Both the position numbers and the translations under genes were made by a program. The notes below the pieces were generated by a model. The model was not told where the DNA came from and did no database searches. It worked only from the letters and a program-made list of their open reading frames with translations. 64,000 nt of DNA, from assembly GCA_050329935.1 (NCBI GenBank), contig JBHJOI010000080.1, forward strand, positions 437 to 64,436, in the 5' to 3' direction. Below, piece by piece: positions 44,899-55,634 of this stretch. Source of the DNA: Thiotrichales bacterium (lineage in GTDB: Bacteria > Pseudomonadota > Gammaproteobacteria > UWMA-0217). How positions within the stretch are numbered: position 1 is the stretch's first letter; each line of letters opens with the position of its first letter.

Positions 44899-45591
44899 TC
44901 AGGATCGAAACAACCGCGTGTACTGAGTTTCATGTCGGCAACTCGCCAAGGTCGCGGCCGGCGAGGACGCGCCGAGTGCGTCATCCTCGAGCGCAAAGGC
45001 TTCCGCGACCGAATGCGCAACCACGCCCGCAAGATCGCGCAGCACGCGTTGGCCCGCCGATTGCCCCAGCGGCACCAGCTTGACGCCCGCGAGCACCTGA
45101 TTCTCCAGCCAACTCCAGGCATATCCCGTCATCGCGTCGGACACAGGAATGTCCCAAACCCTCGCCGCGTGACCGAAGCCGGCGAGCTGGCTCCGCTCCA
45201 ACGCGGCGAGCCAACTCTCATCGCGCTCCACATCCAGCGTCGCCAGCAGCTGGGCCAACGCTCGGCCGCGCTGCCGCTCTTCTTCCCTCAGTTCGGCGGT
45301 TTCGCGCCCTGCGACGAGGTAATCGATCCAGAAATTCAGCCGCACGAGATCCGACGCCGCACTAGCCTGATAAACGCGCTGAACGAGCGGTAGATCAAGG
45401 TGAGTCAAGGTCGCGGCGAGTTGCGATTCGAGCCAGTCCGCCAACTCGGATTCGGTGCGAACCCAGCCGCCCTCCACCGCCCATTCCAATCCCTGGGAGT
45501 AGGCAAATGCCCCGGTCGGCAACGATGGGCTAATCAACTGGAGCAACCGTAGCCGCGCGATCGCGGCCGGGTCAGTGCCCGTGGGGTGCAT
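44899..45591 (-). CDS. ureF: Urease accessory protein UreF
   Basis: [23 protein letters not shown] and [11 protein letters not shown]. Confidence 0.94.
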   Translation of the reverse strand: MHPTGTDPAAIARLRLLQLISPSLPTGAFAYSQGLEWAVEGGWVRTESELADWLESQLAATLTHLDLPLVQRVYQASAASDLVRLNFWIDYLVAGRETAELREEERQRGRALAQLLATLDVERDESWLAALERSQLAGFGHAARVWDIPVSDAMTGYAWSWLENQVLAGVKLVPLGQSAGQRVLRDLAGVVAHSVAEAFALEDDALGASSPAATLASCRHETQYTRLFRS

Positions 45592-46018
45592 GCGTGTATC
45601 CACCATAAGCGCCCGACTCGGGTTCAAACGGCAAGGACTCGGTACTCACCTCAAAGCCCATGCACCGCAGCATGTCATCCAGGACATGATCGTGGGGATA
45701 ACACAACCGACCGGCTTCGATCTGCAACGGCACATGTCGATTGCCGAGGTGGTAACAGGCACGGGCAAACGCGAGTGGATCCTCGCTACGCACGCTCGAA
45801 AGTATTTCCGCGGCCGCGACCACGCGAACGATCTCACCCGTCTCGGCGCGCAGGCAATCCCCGTCGCGCAAGGTCAGGCCGCGCTCTAAAAACAAGCCGG
45901 CGTCGGAACCGTCGTCCAACGTCACTCTGAGTCGGCTTCGAATGCGCTGCTCGTAGCCTAACGTCACGGTCCCGCGCACGGCTGCAACGGGCGAGGTTTT
46001 TTCAATCAGCTTCAACAT
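45572..46018 (-). CDS. ureE: Urease nickel chaperone UreE
   Basis: LRDGD, ACYHLGNRH, DHVL and PFEPESGAY with a short His tail. Confidence 0.93.
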   Translation of the reverse strand: MLKLIEKTSPVAAVRGTVTLGYEQRIRSRLRVTLDDGSDAGLFLERGLTLRDGDCLRAETGEIVRVVAAAEILSSVRSEDPLAFARACYHLGNRHVPLQIEAGRLCYPHDHVLDDMLRCMGFEVSTESLPFEPESGAYGGYTHAPHGH

Positions 46019-46020
46019 GG

Positions 46021-47739
46021 TCAAAACAGAAAATAGCGTTGCGCGAGCGGTAGTTCGGTCGCCGGCTCGCAGGTGAGTAATTCGCCATCCGCGCGCACCT
46101 CGTAGGTCTGCGAATCGACCTCGATCAGCGGCCGGTAATCGTTCAAACGCATGTCGCCCTTGCCGATGCCGCGACAGTCACGTACCACGCCGATCAGTGA
46201 ACGCAGACCCAGGCGCTGCGCGATGCCGGCGTTGTAACCCGCCTGCGACAGGAAGGTCATCCGGGTCGCCGTGCGCGCGCCGCCGAGCGCGCCAAACATC
46301 GTCCGATAATGGACCGGTTGTGGCGTCGGAATCGAGGCGTTCGGATCGCCCATCGGTGCCGCGACGATCATGCCGCCCTTTAGAATCAGACTGGGCTTGG
46401 CGCCGAAAAACGCGGGCCGCCACAAAACGATGTCGGCCAATTTTCCAACCTCGATGGAACCGACCTCGTGGCTGATGCCATGCGCGATCGCAGGGTTGAT
46501 CGTATATTTAGCGACATAACGCCGGGCGCGAAAGTTATCGTTGCGCGCATCGGCCTCGACCGTTGCGGTGCCCGGCAAGTGACCACGTTGGACTTTCATT
46601 TTGTGCGCGGTCTGCCAAGTGCGGCAAATGACCTCTCCGACCCGCCCCATAGCCTGGGAATCCGATGCGATCATCGAAAACGCGCCCAGATCGTGCAAAA
46701 TGTCCTCCGCCGCGATGGTCTCGCGGCGAATACGCGACTCCGCGAACGCGACATCCTCGGCGATCGATGGGGACAGGTGATGACAGACCATCAGCATGTC
46801 GAGATGCTCATCGACGGTGTTCACCGTGTAGGGTCGCGTTGGATTGGTCGAGGACGGCAGCACATTGGCGTGCCCGCAGGCCTTGATGATATCGGGTGCA
46901 TGCCCGCCGCCGGCGCCTTCGGTGTGGTAAGTATGGATCGTGCGCCCGGCGATCGCGGCGAGTGTGTCCTCGACGAAGCCGGATTCGTTCAGCGTATCGG
47001 TATGGATCGCAACCTGAATATCGAAGTTTTCCGCGACCGTCAGACAATTATCGATCGCCGCCGGCGTCGTGCCCCAGTCCTCGTGTAGTTTAAGTCCCAT
47101 CGCACCCGCCTCGATCTGCTCGACGAGCGGCGCCGGACGTGACGCGTTGCCCTTGCCGAGAAATCCGAGGTTCATCGGCAACTCCTCGGCCGCCTGCAAC
47201 ATACGATGAATATTCCAGGGGCCAGGCGTGCAGGTGGTCGCATTAGTGCCGGTCGCCGGCCCGGTGCCGCCGCCCAGCATGGTCGTGACCCCCGACATCA
47301 GCGCTTCTTCGACTTGTTGCGGGCAAATAAAATGGATATGCGCGTCGATGCCGCCGGCCGTCACGATCATCCCTTCACCAGCGATCGCTTCGGTACCTGG
47401 TCCGACCAGGATATTCACACCCGCCTGCACATCGGGATTGCCGGCTTTGCCAATGCCGGCGATACGCCCGTGCTTGATCCCGATGTCTGCCTTCACGATG
47501 CCCCAATAGTCGAGTATCAGTGCATTGGTGATTACCACGTCTACGACCTCGTCCGCGATACGCTGGCATTGACCCATACCGTCGCGGATGACCTTGCCGC
47601 CGCCGAATTTCACCTCGTCGCCGTAGACCGTATGATCATGCTCAACCTCGATCCAAAGCGCCGTGTCCGCCAAGCGGACTCGATCACCGACGGTCGGCCC
47701 AAACATTTCGGCGTAAGCCTGTCGTGAAATCGTGGCCAT
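46021..47739 (-). CDS. ureC: Urease subunit alpha
   Basis: [35 protein letters not shown] and SDSQAMGR. Confidence 0.98.
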   Translation of the reverse strand: MATISRQAYAEMFGPTVGDRVRLADTALWIEVEHDHTVYGDEVKFGGGKVIRDGMGQCQRIADEVVDVVITNALILDYWGIVKADIGIKHGRIAGIGKAGNPDVQAGVNILVGPGTEAIAGEGMIVTAGGIDAHIHFICPQQVEEALMSGVTTMLGGGTGPATGTNATTCTPGPWNIHRMLQAAEELPMNLGFLGKGNASRPAPLVEQIEAGAMGLKLHEDWGTTPAAIDNCLTVAENFDIQVAIHTDTLNESGFVEDTLAAIAGRTIHTYHTEGAGGGHAPDIIKACGHANVLPSSTNPTRPYTVNTVDEHLDMLMVCHHLSPSIAEDVAFAESRIRRETIAAEDILHDLGAFSMIASDSQAMGRVGEVICRTWQTAHKMKVQRGHLPGTATVEADARNDNFRARRYVAKYTINPAIAHGISHEVGSIEVGKLADIVLWRPAFFGAKPSLILKGGMIVAAPMGDPNASIPTPQPVHYRTMFGALGGARTATRMTFLSQAGYNAGIAQRLGLRSLIGVVRDCRGIGKGDMRLNDYRPLIEVDSQTYEVRADGELLTCEPATELPLAQRYFLF

Positions 47740-47741
47740 CG

Positions 47742-48050
47742 TCAGAGCGCTCCCATGATCTTGCCGTTGAAACCATAGACCTTTCGGTCCCCCGCGTAGG
47801 CCACCAATTCAACTTCGCGCGTTTGCCCCGGCTCGAACCGCACGGCGGTGCCCGCCGGAATGTTTAGGCGAAATCCGCGCGTGGGTTCGCGATCGAAACG
47901 CAGCGCGGCGTTGGTTTCATAAAAGTGATAATGGGATCCGACCTGAATTGGCCGATCTCCGGTGTTGGCGACCGTCACGATGATCGTCCGACGCCCCACG
48001 TTCAACTCGATCTCGCCTGCCGCGCACTGAATCTCACCTGGATGCATCAT
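47742..48050 (-). CDS. ureB: Urease subunit beta
   Basis: [15 protein letters not shown] and GTAVRFEPG. Confidence 0.96.
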   Translation of the reverse strand: MMHPGEIQCAAGEIELNVGRRTIIVTVANTGDRPIQVGSHYHFYETNAALRFDREPTRGFRLNIPAGTAVRFEPGQTREVELVAYAGDRKVYGFNGKIMGAL

Positions 48051-48098
48051 CGACTGCCTCTTGCCTGTTGTGGATACACCAACGAAAACGTATTCGAT

Positions 48099-48398
48099 TT
48101 AGCTGCGCGGCCCGTACTTGTACTTCTCCGTGGTCGCCGGCGTCTCCGGTTTGGAAGTTGCCTCCGCCCGGAGGTCTGGAAACAGACGCTCGCGCAGCAG
48201 GATGACCGCGACCAATAGCTCTTCGTCGTCGGCCATTGCCTCGATTTCAGCCAAGCGTTGTCGGGCGTAATGCAAATCGGACCGCATCGATTCCAGATCG
48301 ATTGATTGGTTGAGCTTGCGCCGCACTTGCAGTTTGAATCGCGCCAGTGCCTGGGCGAGTTCCAAACGCGCGCCGATATCGTCGGTTTCATTCGTCAT
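48099..48398 (-). CDS. Hypothetical helical protein inserted between ureA and ureB
   Basis: 99-aa co-oriented ORF with a GAGG RBS, filling the ureA-ureB gap. Confidence 0.7.
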   Translation of the reverse strand: MTNETDDIGARLELAQALARFKLQVRRKLNQSIDLESMRSDLHYARQRLAEIEAMADDEELLVAVILLRERLFPDLRAEATSKPETPATTEKYKYGPRS

Positions 48399-48426
48399 TC
48401 GCTGAACCTCGCGTCATTGGTAACGG

Positions 48427-48729
48427 TCAAACGATGGGGTCGTGTACCGTCACGAGTTTGGTGCCATCCGGAAAGGTCGCTTCGACCTGCACCTCGTGCA
48501 ACATGTCCGCTATACCCTCCATGACGTCATCCCGCGCAAGCAGTGTGCGGCCAAGATCCATTAGCTCCGCCACACTGCGACCGTCGCGGGCGCCTTCAAG
48601 GATCGCCGCGCTGATGAACGCGACCGCCTCGGGATAATTGAGCTTGAGACCGCGCGCCTTGCGCCGCTCAGCCAGCAAAGCCGCGGTGAACAACAACAAC
48701 TTGTCTTTCTCTCGTGGGGTGAGTTCCAT
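48427..48729 (-). CDS. ureA: Urease subunit gamma
   Basis: [17 protein letters not shown] and [14 protein letters not shown]. Confidence 0.97.
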   Translation of the reverse strand: MELTPREKDKLLLFTAALLAERRKARGLKLNYPEAVAFISAAILEGARDGRSVAELMDLGRTLLARDDVMEGIADMLHEVQVEATFPDGTKLVTVHDPIV

Positions 48730-48756
48730 GGTTACGCCTCATGTAATCCGACCGAT

Positions 48757-49605
48757 TCAGGTCGCCCATATTCTTGGCAAACACGCCGCACGGCCGAGCG
48801 CTTCCGCGCGAATCAACCGCCACAACTTAATAAATATGCCTCGCGCCTCTGCGGTGGAATCTCCCACGTACCGCGCGACTAGAAAATCCCCCAGCAGGGT
48901 TAATCCAACACGCACGTTCTCCGGGTTTGGCAAACCCGCCCGCGCATGGTGCAACAGGGCCTCGGTCACATCGGTCGCCCAAAAGGTTGCCGTTACCGGC
49001 CAACCGCGCAGGCCGGACGCCCGTGACAGGCCGCGCACACCATCGATGCTTAGGCGTTCGTGCAGCAACGGCACACCGCCGCGTCGTACCTCGATACGAC
49101 TGTCGAACCAGCCCAGCGCGAATGCCTCACCGATCGCCGGACGCCCGAGACAAACAGTGTCCCAACCCACGAAGTGCGCGCCAACCTCAAGCTCCACCTG
49201 CATCCGCGCCGCGACACGCGCACCGGGAAACCCAATCGTCTCCTGCGGCAACCACTCGAGCGTCGCGTTTCGTCGTACCCTTAAATTCACTCGTTGCGAC
49301 GCAAGCGCGCCACTCGAACGATAAAACTTCGTCGCGCCGGGGGTGGTCAACAACGCCGCGCTACCTTCGTCGGCGTCGACGTCGATCTGTAATTCATCGC
49401 CGCCGACAACACCACCCGGCGGGTGCAACAAGTAGAGATGACACACTTCGCCTTCCGGATAAAACGGACGCTGCACCACGAGCGGTCCGCGTTGACGCCG
49501 ATTCGCAAGTACCGTTCGGTCACCGCGCCGACGCAGATCCAGCGCGAGTTCAGCGCGCCAATTGTCGCTAACCCCGAGCGCGGACACTCGCTCACTTGCT
49601 GGCAC
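48757..49605 (-). CDS. ureD: Urease accessory protein UreD
   Basis: GPLVVQRPFYPEG, LHPPGGVVGGD, TTPGATKFYRS and PRIWAT. Start uncertain (GTG 49605 or 49587). Confidence 0.92.
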   Translation of the reverse strand: MPASERVSALGVSDNWRAELALDLRRRGDRTVLANRRQRGPLVVQRPFYPEGEVCHLYLLHPPGGVVGGDELQIDVDADEGSAALLTTPGATKFYRSSGALASQRVNLRVRRNATLEWLPQETIGFPGARVAARMQVELEVGAHFVGWDTVCLGRPAIGEAFALGWFDSRIEVRRGGVPLLHERLSIDGVRGLSRASGLRGWPVTATFWATDVTEALLHHARAGLPNPENVRVGLTLLGDFLVARYVGDSTAEARGIFIKLWRLIRAEALGRAACLPRIWAT

Positions 49606-49795
49606 GTTGCGCGTAATATCGCCGCCGCGCGAACCCTGCGATCGCAACGGTCAGCATGAGCAAGGTAACCAGGGTGGTGCTCGGATTGTGCGCGATCAAA
49701 TGCGATAACGCCGTGCCAGGGCCATGGTGAGCGAATGCCGGGGTGACAGGGATCGCTATCAGTATCGCCGCCAGGATGATTCCGGATTTATTCAT
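49592..49795 (-). CDS. Small His-containing membrane peptide
   Basis: Signal peptide ending AFA, then HHGPGTALSHLIAH, a TM helix and an RRR tail; lies between urtE and ureD. Confidence 0.55.
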   Translation of the reverse strand: MNKSGIILAAILIAIPVTPAFAHHGPGTALSHLIAHNPSTTLVTLLMLTVAIAGFARRRYYAQRASK

Positions 49796-49815
49796 GGTGA
49801 ACGGCTCGGTTCGTA

Positions 49816-50511
49816 TCAAACGGTTAAGTATTGTTGTACCAGTTGTTCGTTCAGCTCATCGATCGCACCTGCCGCGACCGCACGGCCGCGATCCATGATA
49901 CAGAATCGATCGGCCACGCGTCGCGCAAAGGGCAGCTTTTGTTCGACCAGCAACACCGTGAGCCCGATATCCCGGTTCAGGCGTCGGATGATTTCACCGA
50001 TCTCGTGCACGATATTCGGCTGTATGCCCTCGGTTGGCTCGTCCAATATCAGCAATCGTGGATCGGTGACCAACGCACGCCCAATCGCAAGCTGTTGCTG
50101 TTGCCCGCCAGAGAGGTCTCCGCCCCGACGCCCCAGCATCTCGCTCAGCACGGGAAACAGTTCATAAATATAATCCGGTACTCTGCGTAGCCCATCGCGA
50201 CGCGCCGGAAGGCCGATTTCAAGATTCTCCCGCACCGTCAGCAGCGGGAAAATCTGGCGCCCCTGTGGCACGTAACCGATACCCAGACGAGCGCGGTGTT
50301 CCGCCGGTCGCTGCAACAAATCCACGTCACCGTACTCGGCTCGCCCGGAGCTCGCGACCAACAGGCCCATGATGCACTGAAGCAAGGTTGTCTTGCCGAC
50401 CCCGTTCCGTCCCATCAGGCAGGTGCACAAACCATCGGGCACCTCGAGCGCTAGATCCCACAGGGTATGACTTCCACCGTAGTATTGATTGAGCCCTTCG
50501 ATTTTCAACAT
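49816..50511 (-). CDS. urtE: Urea ABC transporter ATPase UrtE
   Basis: GRNGVGKTT, LSGGQQQQL and DEPTEGIQP. Confidence 0.93.
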   Translation of the reverse strand: MLKIEGLNQYYGGSHTLWDLALEVPDGLCTCLMGRNGVGKTTLLQCIMGLLVASSGRAEYGDVDLLQRPAEHRARLGIGYVPQGRQIFPLLTVRENLEIGLPARRDGLRRVPDYIYELFPVLSEMLGRRGGDLSGGQQQQLAIGRALVTDPRLLILDEPTEGIQPNIVHEIGEIIRRLNRDIGLTVLLVEQKLPFARRVADRFCIMDRGRAVAAGAIDELNEQLVQQYLTV

Positions 50512-50614
50512 GCAAACAGGCCTCCCGCATCGATACGCGCCGCAATCGTCATTCCCGTGCGCCGCAGCAAGTAGTGAGGAACCTTATCGCGACAGTAATC
50601 CCCATTCACACTCA

Positions 50615-51445
50615 TCATGCCCCCAGATAGACCTCGATCACGCGCGGGTCATTCTGCACTTCGTCCATCCGACCCTCCGCGAGCACGCTGCCCTGATGCA
50701 ACACAGTGACCTTGTTGGCGATTGAACGAACGAAGTCCATGTCGTGCTCGACCACGATCACCGTGTGCTTCCCGGCAAGTGAGGTCAGTAATTCGGCTGT
50801 TCGCTCCATTTCCTGATGGGTCATACCCGCGACCGGCTCATCCACGAGGAGCAGGTAAGGGTCCTGCATCAACAACATGCCGATTTCCAGCCATTGCTTT
50901 TGCCCGTGCGACAAGGCACCCGCGACATCGTGAACCTGTTCCCGGAGACCAATTATCGCCAGCACTTCGTCAATTCGCTCCCGTTGTGGCGCACTGATCC
51001 GCGCGTTCAGTGTCGACCAAACCCCTTTGTTGCCGACCATCGCCAGTTCGAGGTTTTCGAACACACTATGCTGTTCGAAAACGGTGGGCTTTTGAAACTT
51101 TCGACCGATTCCGGCTTGCGCGATTTCCGGTTCGGTGAGTTTGAGCAGATTAATCTGTTGCCCGAACCAGGCCGTGCCGCTGTCGGGACGCGTCTTTCCG
51201 GTAATGATGTCCATCATTGTTGTTTTGCCAGCGCCATTGGGTCCGATGATGCAACGGAGTTCTCCCGCATCGACATACAAGTTGAGGTCGTTGATCGCCT
51301 TGAAGCCATCGAAGGCGACTGAGATTCCGTCCAGGTAAAGAATCGTGCCGTGACTCGCATCGATTTCCAAACGTTGCCGCGGCATCATGAAACTCCAGAC
51401 TTGATCCCGACGCATGATCTCGCGATAGCGTTGCAGAGAGTTCAT
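50615..51445 (-). CDS. urtD: Urea ABC transporter ATPase UrtD
   Basis: GPNGAGKTT, GRKFQKP and LSHGQKQWLEIG. Confidence 0.93.
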   Translation of the reverse strand: MNSLQRYREIMRRDQVWSFMMPRQRLEIDASHGTILYLDGISVAFDGFKAINDLNLYVDAGELRCIIGPNGAGKTTMMDIITGKTRPDSGTAWFGQQINLLKLTEPEIAQAGIGRKFQKPTVFEQHSVFENLELAMVGNKGVWSTLNARISAPQRERIDEVLAIIGLREQVHDVAGALSHGQKQWLEIGMLLMQDPYLLLVDEPVAGMTHQEMERTAELLTSLAGKHTVIVVEHDMDFVRSIANKVTVLHQGSVLAEGRMDEVQNDPRVIEVYLGA

Positions 51446-52530
51446 GCCAGCTGCCTCCGGCGCCTGATCAAACCCGCGAATCCCTGTGGCAGTAACAACG
51501 TCACCAGCACGAACAGTCCACCTAGCGCAAACAGCCAGAATTCAGGGAACGCCGCGGTAAAATAGGTCTTGCCGTAGTTCACCAAAAATGCACCAGCAAT
51601 CGCACCAAAGAGTGTCGCGCGACCGCCGATAGCCACCCAGATAACGATCTCGATCGAATTCAACGGCGAGAATTCGCCTGGATTAATGATGCCCACCTGC
51701 GGCACATACAACGCGCCGGCGATTCCGGCGAGTATCGCCGAGAACGTGAAAATCCAAAGCTTCACCCGCTCGACGCGGTATCCAATAAAGCGGGTACGAG
51801 ACTCCGCGTCGCGAATGGCGATTGCTACCCGCCCAAGACGCGACGTGACAATATATCGGCATACGAGATAACCTGCCGCGAGCGCGATGGCCGAAGCGAT
51901 AAATAGCGCTATTCGGGTCGAGTTCGCTTGCAGACTAAATCCCAGAAGATCCTTGAAGTCGGTCAGTCCGTTATTGCCTCCAAAGCCCATTTCATTTCGG
52001 AAAAACGCCAGCATCAGCGCATAGGTCAGGGCTTGGGTGATGATCGATAGGTAGACGCCGGTCACTCTCGAGCGAAACGCGAGCCAACCGAATACAAACG
52101 CGAGCACACCCGGGACCACGATTACCATTAGCATCGCGAACCAGAACATATCGAAGCCCTGCCAGAACCATGGCAGTTCCGACCAATTTAGAAACACCAT
52201 GAAATCAGGTAACTCTGGATTCCCGTATACACCGCGATCGCCCACTTGACGCATCAGGTACATGCCCATTGCGTAGCCACCGAGCGCGAAGAACGCGCCG
52301 TGGCCTAGACTCAGGATGCCCAGATAACCCCAGACGAGATCCACGGCCAGCGCGAGCAGCGCAAAAGTCAGGTATTTGCCAAGCAATGTCACGGTATAGG
52401 TGGACACATGCAGCGGATGCGCGGGCGGCAACATCAGGTTGCAGACGGCTACGTAGAGCGTCATTAATGCCAACACAGCGAGCATCACCTGCCCTCCGCG
52501 ATCGTTCTGCAGCAATTTTATGAGACCCAT
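51442..52530 (-). CDS. urtC: Urea ABC transporter permease UrtC
   Basis: DLVWGYLGILSLGHG, LPDFMVF and FGGNNGLT. Confidence 0.93.
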   Translation of the reverse strand: MGLIKLLQNDRGGQVMLAVLALMTLYVAVCNLMLPPAHPLHVSTYTVTLLGKYLTFALLALAVDLVWGYLGILSLGHGAFFALGGYAMGMYLMRQVGDRGVYGNPELPDFMVFLNWSELPWFWQGFDMFWFAMLMVIVVPGVLAFVFGWLAFRSRVTGVYLSIITQALTYALMLAFFRNEMGFGGNNGLTDFKDLLGFSLQANSTRIALFIASAIALAAGYLVCRYIVTSRLGRVAIAIRDAESRTRFIGYRVERVKLWIFTFSAILAGIAGALYVPQVGIINPGEFSPLNSIEIVIWVAIGGRATLFGAIAGAFLVNYGKTYFTAAFPEFWLFALGGLFVLVTLLLPQGFAGLIRRRRQLA

Positions 52531-52533
52531 CGC

Positions 52534-54210
52534 TCAACCCTCCGCGGCACGGCCTTTTTGCGGGAACAAGCCCCGCGGCCGCTTCTGAATGAACAAGATG
52601 ATAAACACCAGCACCAGGATCTTGGCGAGCACCGCGCCAGACCAAGGCTCCATCAATTTGTTCACAATCCCGAGGGTCAGACCTCCGACGAGTGTGCCCA
52701 TTAGGTTGCCGACGCCGCCGAACACAACCACCAGAAACGAATCGATGATGTAGGCTTGACCGAGGTTTGGACCGACGTTGGTCAACTGACTGAGCGCGAC
52801 GCCGGCGACGCCGGCAATGCCGGACCCGAGGCCGAACGTCAGTGCGTCGACCCGCCCGGATCTTACCCCCATCGCCCGCGCCATCGCTCGATTCTGCGAC
52901 ACTGCGCGCACCTGCAAACCAAGGGTCGTGCGTCGCAACACCCAGTACAAACCCGCGAAAACGATCAGACAAAAGGCAATGATGTAAAGACGGTTCAAGG
53001 TCAGCGAAAGCACGGCGTTGATTTCCAGTGAACCGGACATCCAACTCGGATTAGCAACCGGAACGTTCTGTGGCGAAACCAAGGTCCGCACGAGTTGCTG
53101 CAGGATCAAGCTGACCCCGAACGTCGCGAGTAGCGTCTCAAGTGGTCTACCGTACAAAAAGCGAATGACGCCGCGTTCGATCAGTATCCCGACGAGACCC
53201 GACACTACGAACGCCGCCGGTACCGCGAGGAGTAACGAGATATCGATGAATTGCGGGAGCCATTGCTGGATCATGTAGGTCGTATAGGCGCCCAGCATGA
53301 TCAGTTCGCCATGTGCCATGTTGATCACCCCCATGACGCCGAAGGTAATCGCAAGCCCGATCGCGGCCAACACCAACACCGATCCAAGACTGACTCCGAA
53401 AAACAAGGTCTCGAGGCCGCCATAGAGCTTGAGTTTGCCCTCGATCGACATCAGCGCATCGCTCGCCGCGGCGATGACTTCAGCGCTGCCATTCGACTCC
53501 GCGAGCTCGGTGAGCTTCACCCGAACCGCCGGATGCAAACTGCCCCGCAGGATCTCAATCGCCGCGAGTTGTACCGAAGCATCGTCACTCCGCAGGTCGG
53601 AAACCGCGATCGCGGCCGCCATGACGTCTCGCACCTTGTCGTCGGCTTCGCGTCCGATCAGCCCGCGCAGCAGTTCAATCGTCTCCGGTTGCGGCCGGTC
53701 CAATACTTCGTTCACCGCCGTCAGGCGCAACCTGGCGTCCTCGTGATTGAGCTGAAGTCTCGAAATTCCGGAGCGCAGTTGCGCCCTCAACGCGTTATTT
53801 ACGGTAATTTTCGCGACATCATTCTCACTCACCGTCTCGGACCGTTCGCCCGTCAGCGCATCGTTGAACGACCTTGGGGCAGCGGAAGCCGATGCGATGA
53901 TCACCGATTCAGTTTTGGGATGAAATAGCAGTCGGCTATCAAGCATCGCCTGTAATATGTCGACCGCGCGCGCCGCCCCACTGGCGACGATAAGGTCTAC
54001 CGCTTGCGATTTTTCAGTAAATGATTTTCCCGCCAGAAGTGGCAGTGATTCGGCCAGATCCTGGCCATCCGCGTGCGCCGCGTTCGGTCCAACCGAAGCC
54101 ACTAGCAGGAGGATTATCAAGAGAACCCGCGTGATCAACGTAGTCCACGGTCGCGCCACGCCATGGCCATCTACGTCGCCGGAGGGAAGTATGCGCCTGC
54201 AATTGCTCAT
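52534..54210 (-). CDS. urtB: Urea ABC transporter permease UrtB (long form with periplasmic N-terminal domain)
   Basis: AITFGVMGVINMAHGE, YGRPLETLLATFG and FIQKRPRGLF. Confidence 0.93.
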   Translation of the reverse strand: MSNCRRILPSGDVDGHGVARPWTTLITRVLLIILLLVASVGPNAAHADGQDLAESLPLLAGKSFTEKSQAVDLIVASGAARAVDILQAMLDSRLLFHPKTESVIIASASAAPRSFNDALTGERSETVSENDVAKITVNNALRAQLRSGISRLQLNHEDARLRLTAVNEVLDRPQPETIELLRGLIGREADDKVRDVMAAAIAVSDLRSDDASVQLAAIEILRGSLHPAVRVKLTELAESNGSAEVIAAASDALMSIEGKLKLYGGLETLFFGVSLGSVLVLAAIGLAITFGVMGVINMAHGELIMLGAYTTYMIQQWLPQFIDISLLLAVPAAFVVSGLVGILIERGVIRFLYGRPLETLLATFGVSLILQQLVRTLVSPQNVPVANPSWMSGSLEINAVLSLTLNRLYIIAFCLIVFAGLYWVLRRTTLGLQVRAVSQNRAMARAMGVRSGRVDALTFGLGSGIAGVAGVALSQLTNVGPNLGQAYIIDSFLVVVFGGVGNLMGTLVGGLTLGIVNKLMEPWSGAVLAKILVLVFIILFIQKRPRGLFPQKGRAAEG

Positions 54211-54283
54211 GAATCGATATAACCGTTCAATCGGGCATGGGGGCGCCAGATGTTCCGGCGCCCGTTATTATGTCAACAGCCGA

Positions 54284-55573
54284 TCAGTAGTTTTGACCCG
54301 CGCACTTTTTGGTAACAGTGTTGTAGTTACCGCAGGCAATTGGCGCGGTCCAATCCGCGGTAATGTCCTTTGAACCTTCCAGGAAATCCGACCACGCGTC
54401 TCCGGGAACTTCCTTCTCGGTTTTCCAGACGACCTCGAACTGTCCGTCGTCCTGAATTTCGCCAATCAGTACCGGCTTGGTCAGGTGGTGGTTTGGCAAC
54501 ATCTTCGCGGTACCGCCGGTCATGTTCGGAACCTCGATACCGATCATCGCATCGACCACTTTATCCACCTCGGTACTCTTGACCGCCTCGACGGCCTTGG
54601 CCCACATCTTGAAGCCGATGACGTGTGCTTCCATAGGGTCATTGGTCACGCGCTTCTTGTCCTTGATAAAGGCATGCCATTGGTCGATGAAGGCCTTGTT
54701 CGCCGGATCTTCCACACTCATGAAGTAGTTCCACGCGGCAAGGTGTCCAACGAGCGGTTTCGTATCGATTCCGCTCAATTCCTCCTCGCCGACCGAGAAC
54801 GCAACCACCGGAATGTCCGACGCTGAAATGCCCTGATTACCCAGTTCCTTGTAGAATGGGACGTTGGCGTCACCATTGATGGTCGACACCACGGCGGTCT
54901 TCTTGCCGGCGCTGCCGAATTTCTTGATGTCAGAAACGATACTCTGCCAGTCGGAGTGACCGAACGGCGTGTAGTTGATCATGATGTCGTCGGCCTTGAC
55001 CCCCTTAGCCTTGAGGTAGGCTTCGAGAATCTTGTTGGTCGTGCGCGGATAGACATAGTCCGTTCCGGCAAGCACCCACCGTTTGACACCCAGATCGTTC
55101 ATAAGGTAGTCGACGGCCGGAATTGCCTGCTGGTTCGGCGCGGCCCCAGTGTAGAACACATTACGAGACGATTCCTCGCCTTCATACTGCACCGGATAGA
55201 ACAACAGTCCATTGAGCTCTTCAAACACCGGCAACACCGATTTGCGCGATACCGACGTCCAGCAACCGAACACGACGTCGACTTTATCCTTGGTCAGTAA
55301 CTCGCGCGCCTTTTCCGCGAACAGCGGCCAGTTCGAGGCCGGGTCGACAACAACTGCCTCGAGCTTCTTACCGAGCAACCCACCCTTTTTGTTCTGCTCG
55401 TCCACCAGCATCAGGACTGTGTCCTTCAGCGTGGTTTCGCTAATGGCCATTGTGCCTGAAAGCGAATGTAGTACACCTACCTTGATGGTGTCGGCGGCGC
55501 TCACCACACCACCGATTGCCACGCCATACGCCGCGACCGCGGCGAGCGCAAGTCCCTTCACAGAAAATTTCAT
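54284..55573 (-). CDS. urtA: Urea ABC transporter substrate-binding protein UrtA
   Basis: Signal peptide, LHSLSGTMAISE, GCWTSVSRK, YPVQYEG and GTDYVYPRTTN. Confidence 0.95.
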   Translation of the reverse strand: MKFSVKGLALAAVAAYGVAIGGVVSAADTIKVGVLHSLSGTMAISETTLKDTVLMLVDEQNKKGGLLGKKLEAVVVDPASNWPLFAEKARELLTKDKVDVVFGCWTSVSRKSVLPVFEELNGLLFYPVQYEGEESSRNVFYTGAAPNQQAIPAVDYLMNDLGVKRWVLAGTDYVYPRTTNKILEAYLKAKGVKADDIMINYTPFGHSDWQSIVSDIKKFGSAGKKTAVVSTINGDANVPFYKELGNQGISASDIPVVAFSVGEEELSGIDTKPLVGHLAAWNYFMSVEDPANKAFIDQWHAFIKDKKRVTNDPMEAHVIGFKMWAKAVEAVKSTEVDKVVDAMIGIEVPNMTGGTAKMLPNHHLTKPVLIGEIQDDGQFEVVWKTEKEVPGDAWSDFLEGSKDITADWTAPIACGNYNTVTKKCAGQNY

Positions 55574-55634
55574 GATCTACCTCTTGGAGTCACGTTTTGC
55601 AAACAAATTGGTGCAGATACGACCACGCATCCGC

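Noticed and set aside
50512-50614. 103-bp gap between urtD and urtE containing CGTCATTCCCG, resembling one arm of a common palindromic repeat
   Set aside because: The matching GGGAAT arm is missing and there is no second copy in the window.
53400-54210. Long helical N-terminal extension of UrtB as a novel fusion
   Set aside because: Long-form UrtB with a periplasmic domain is common in Proteobacteria.
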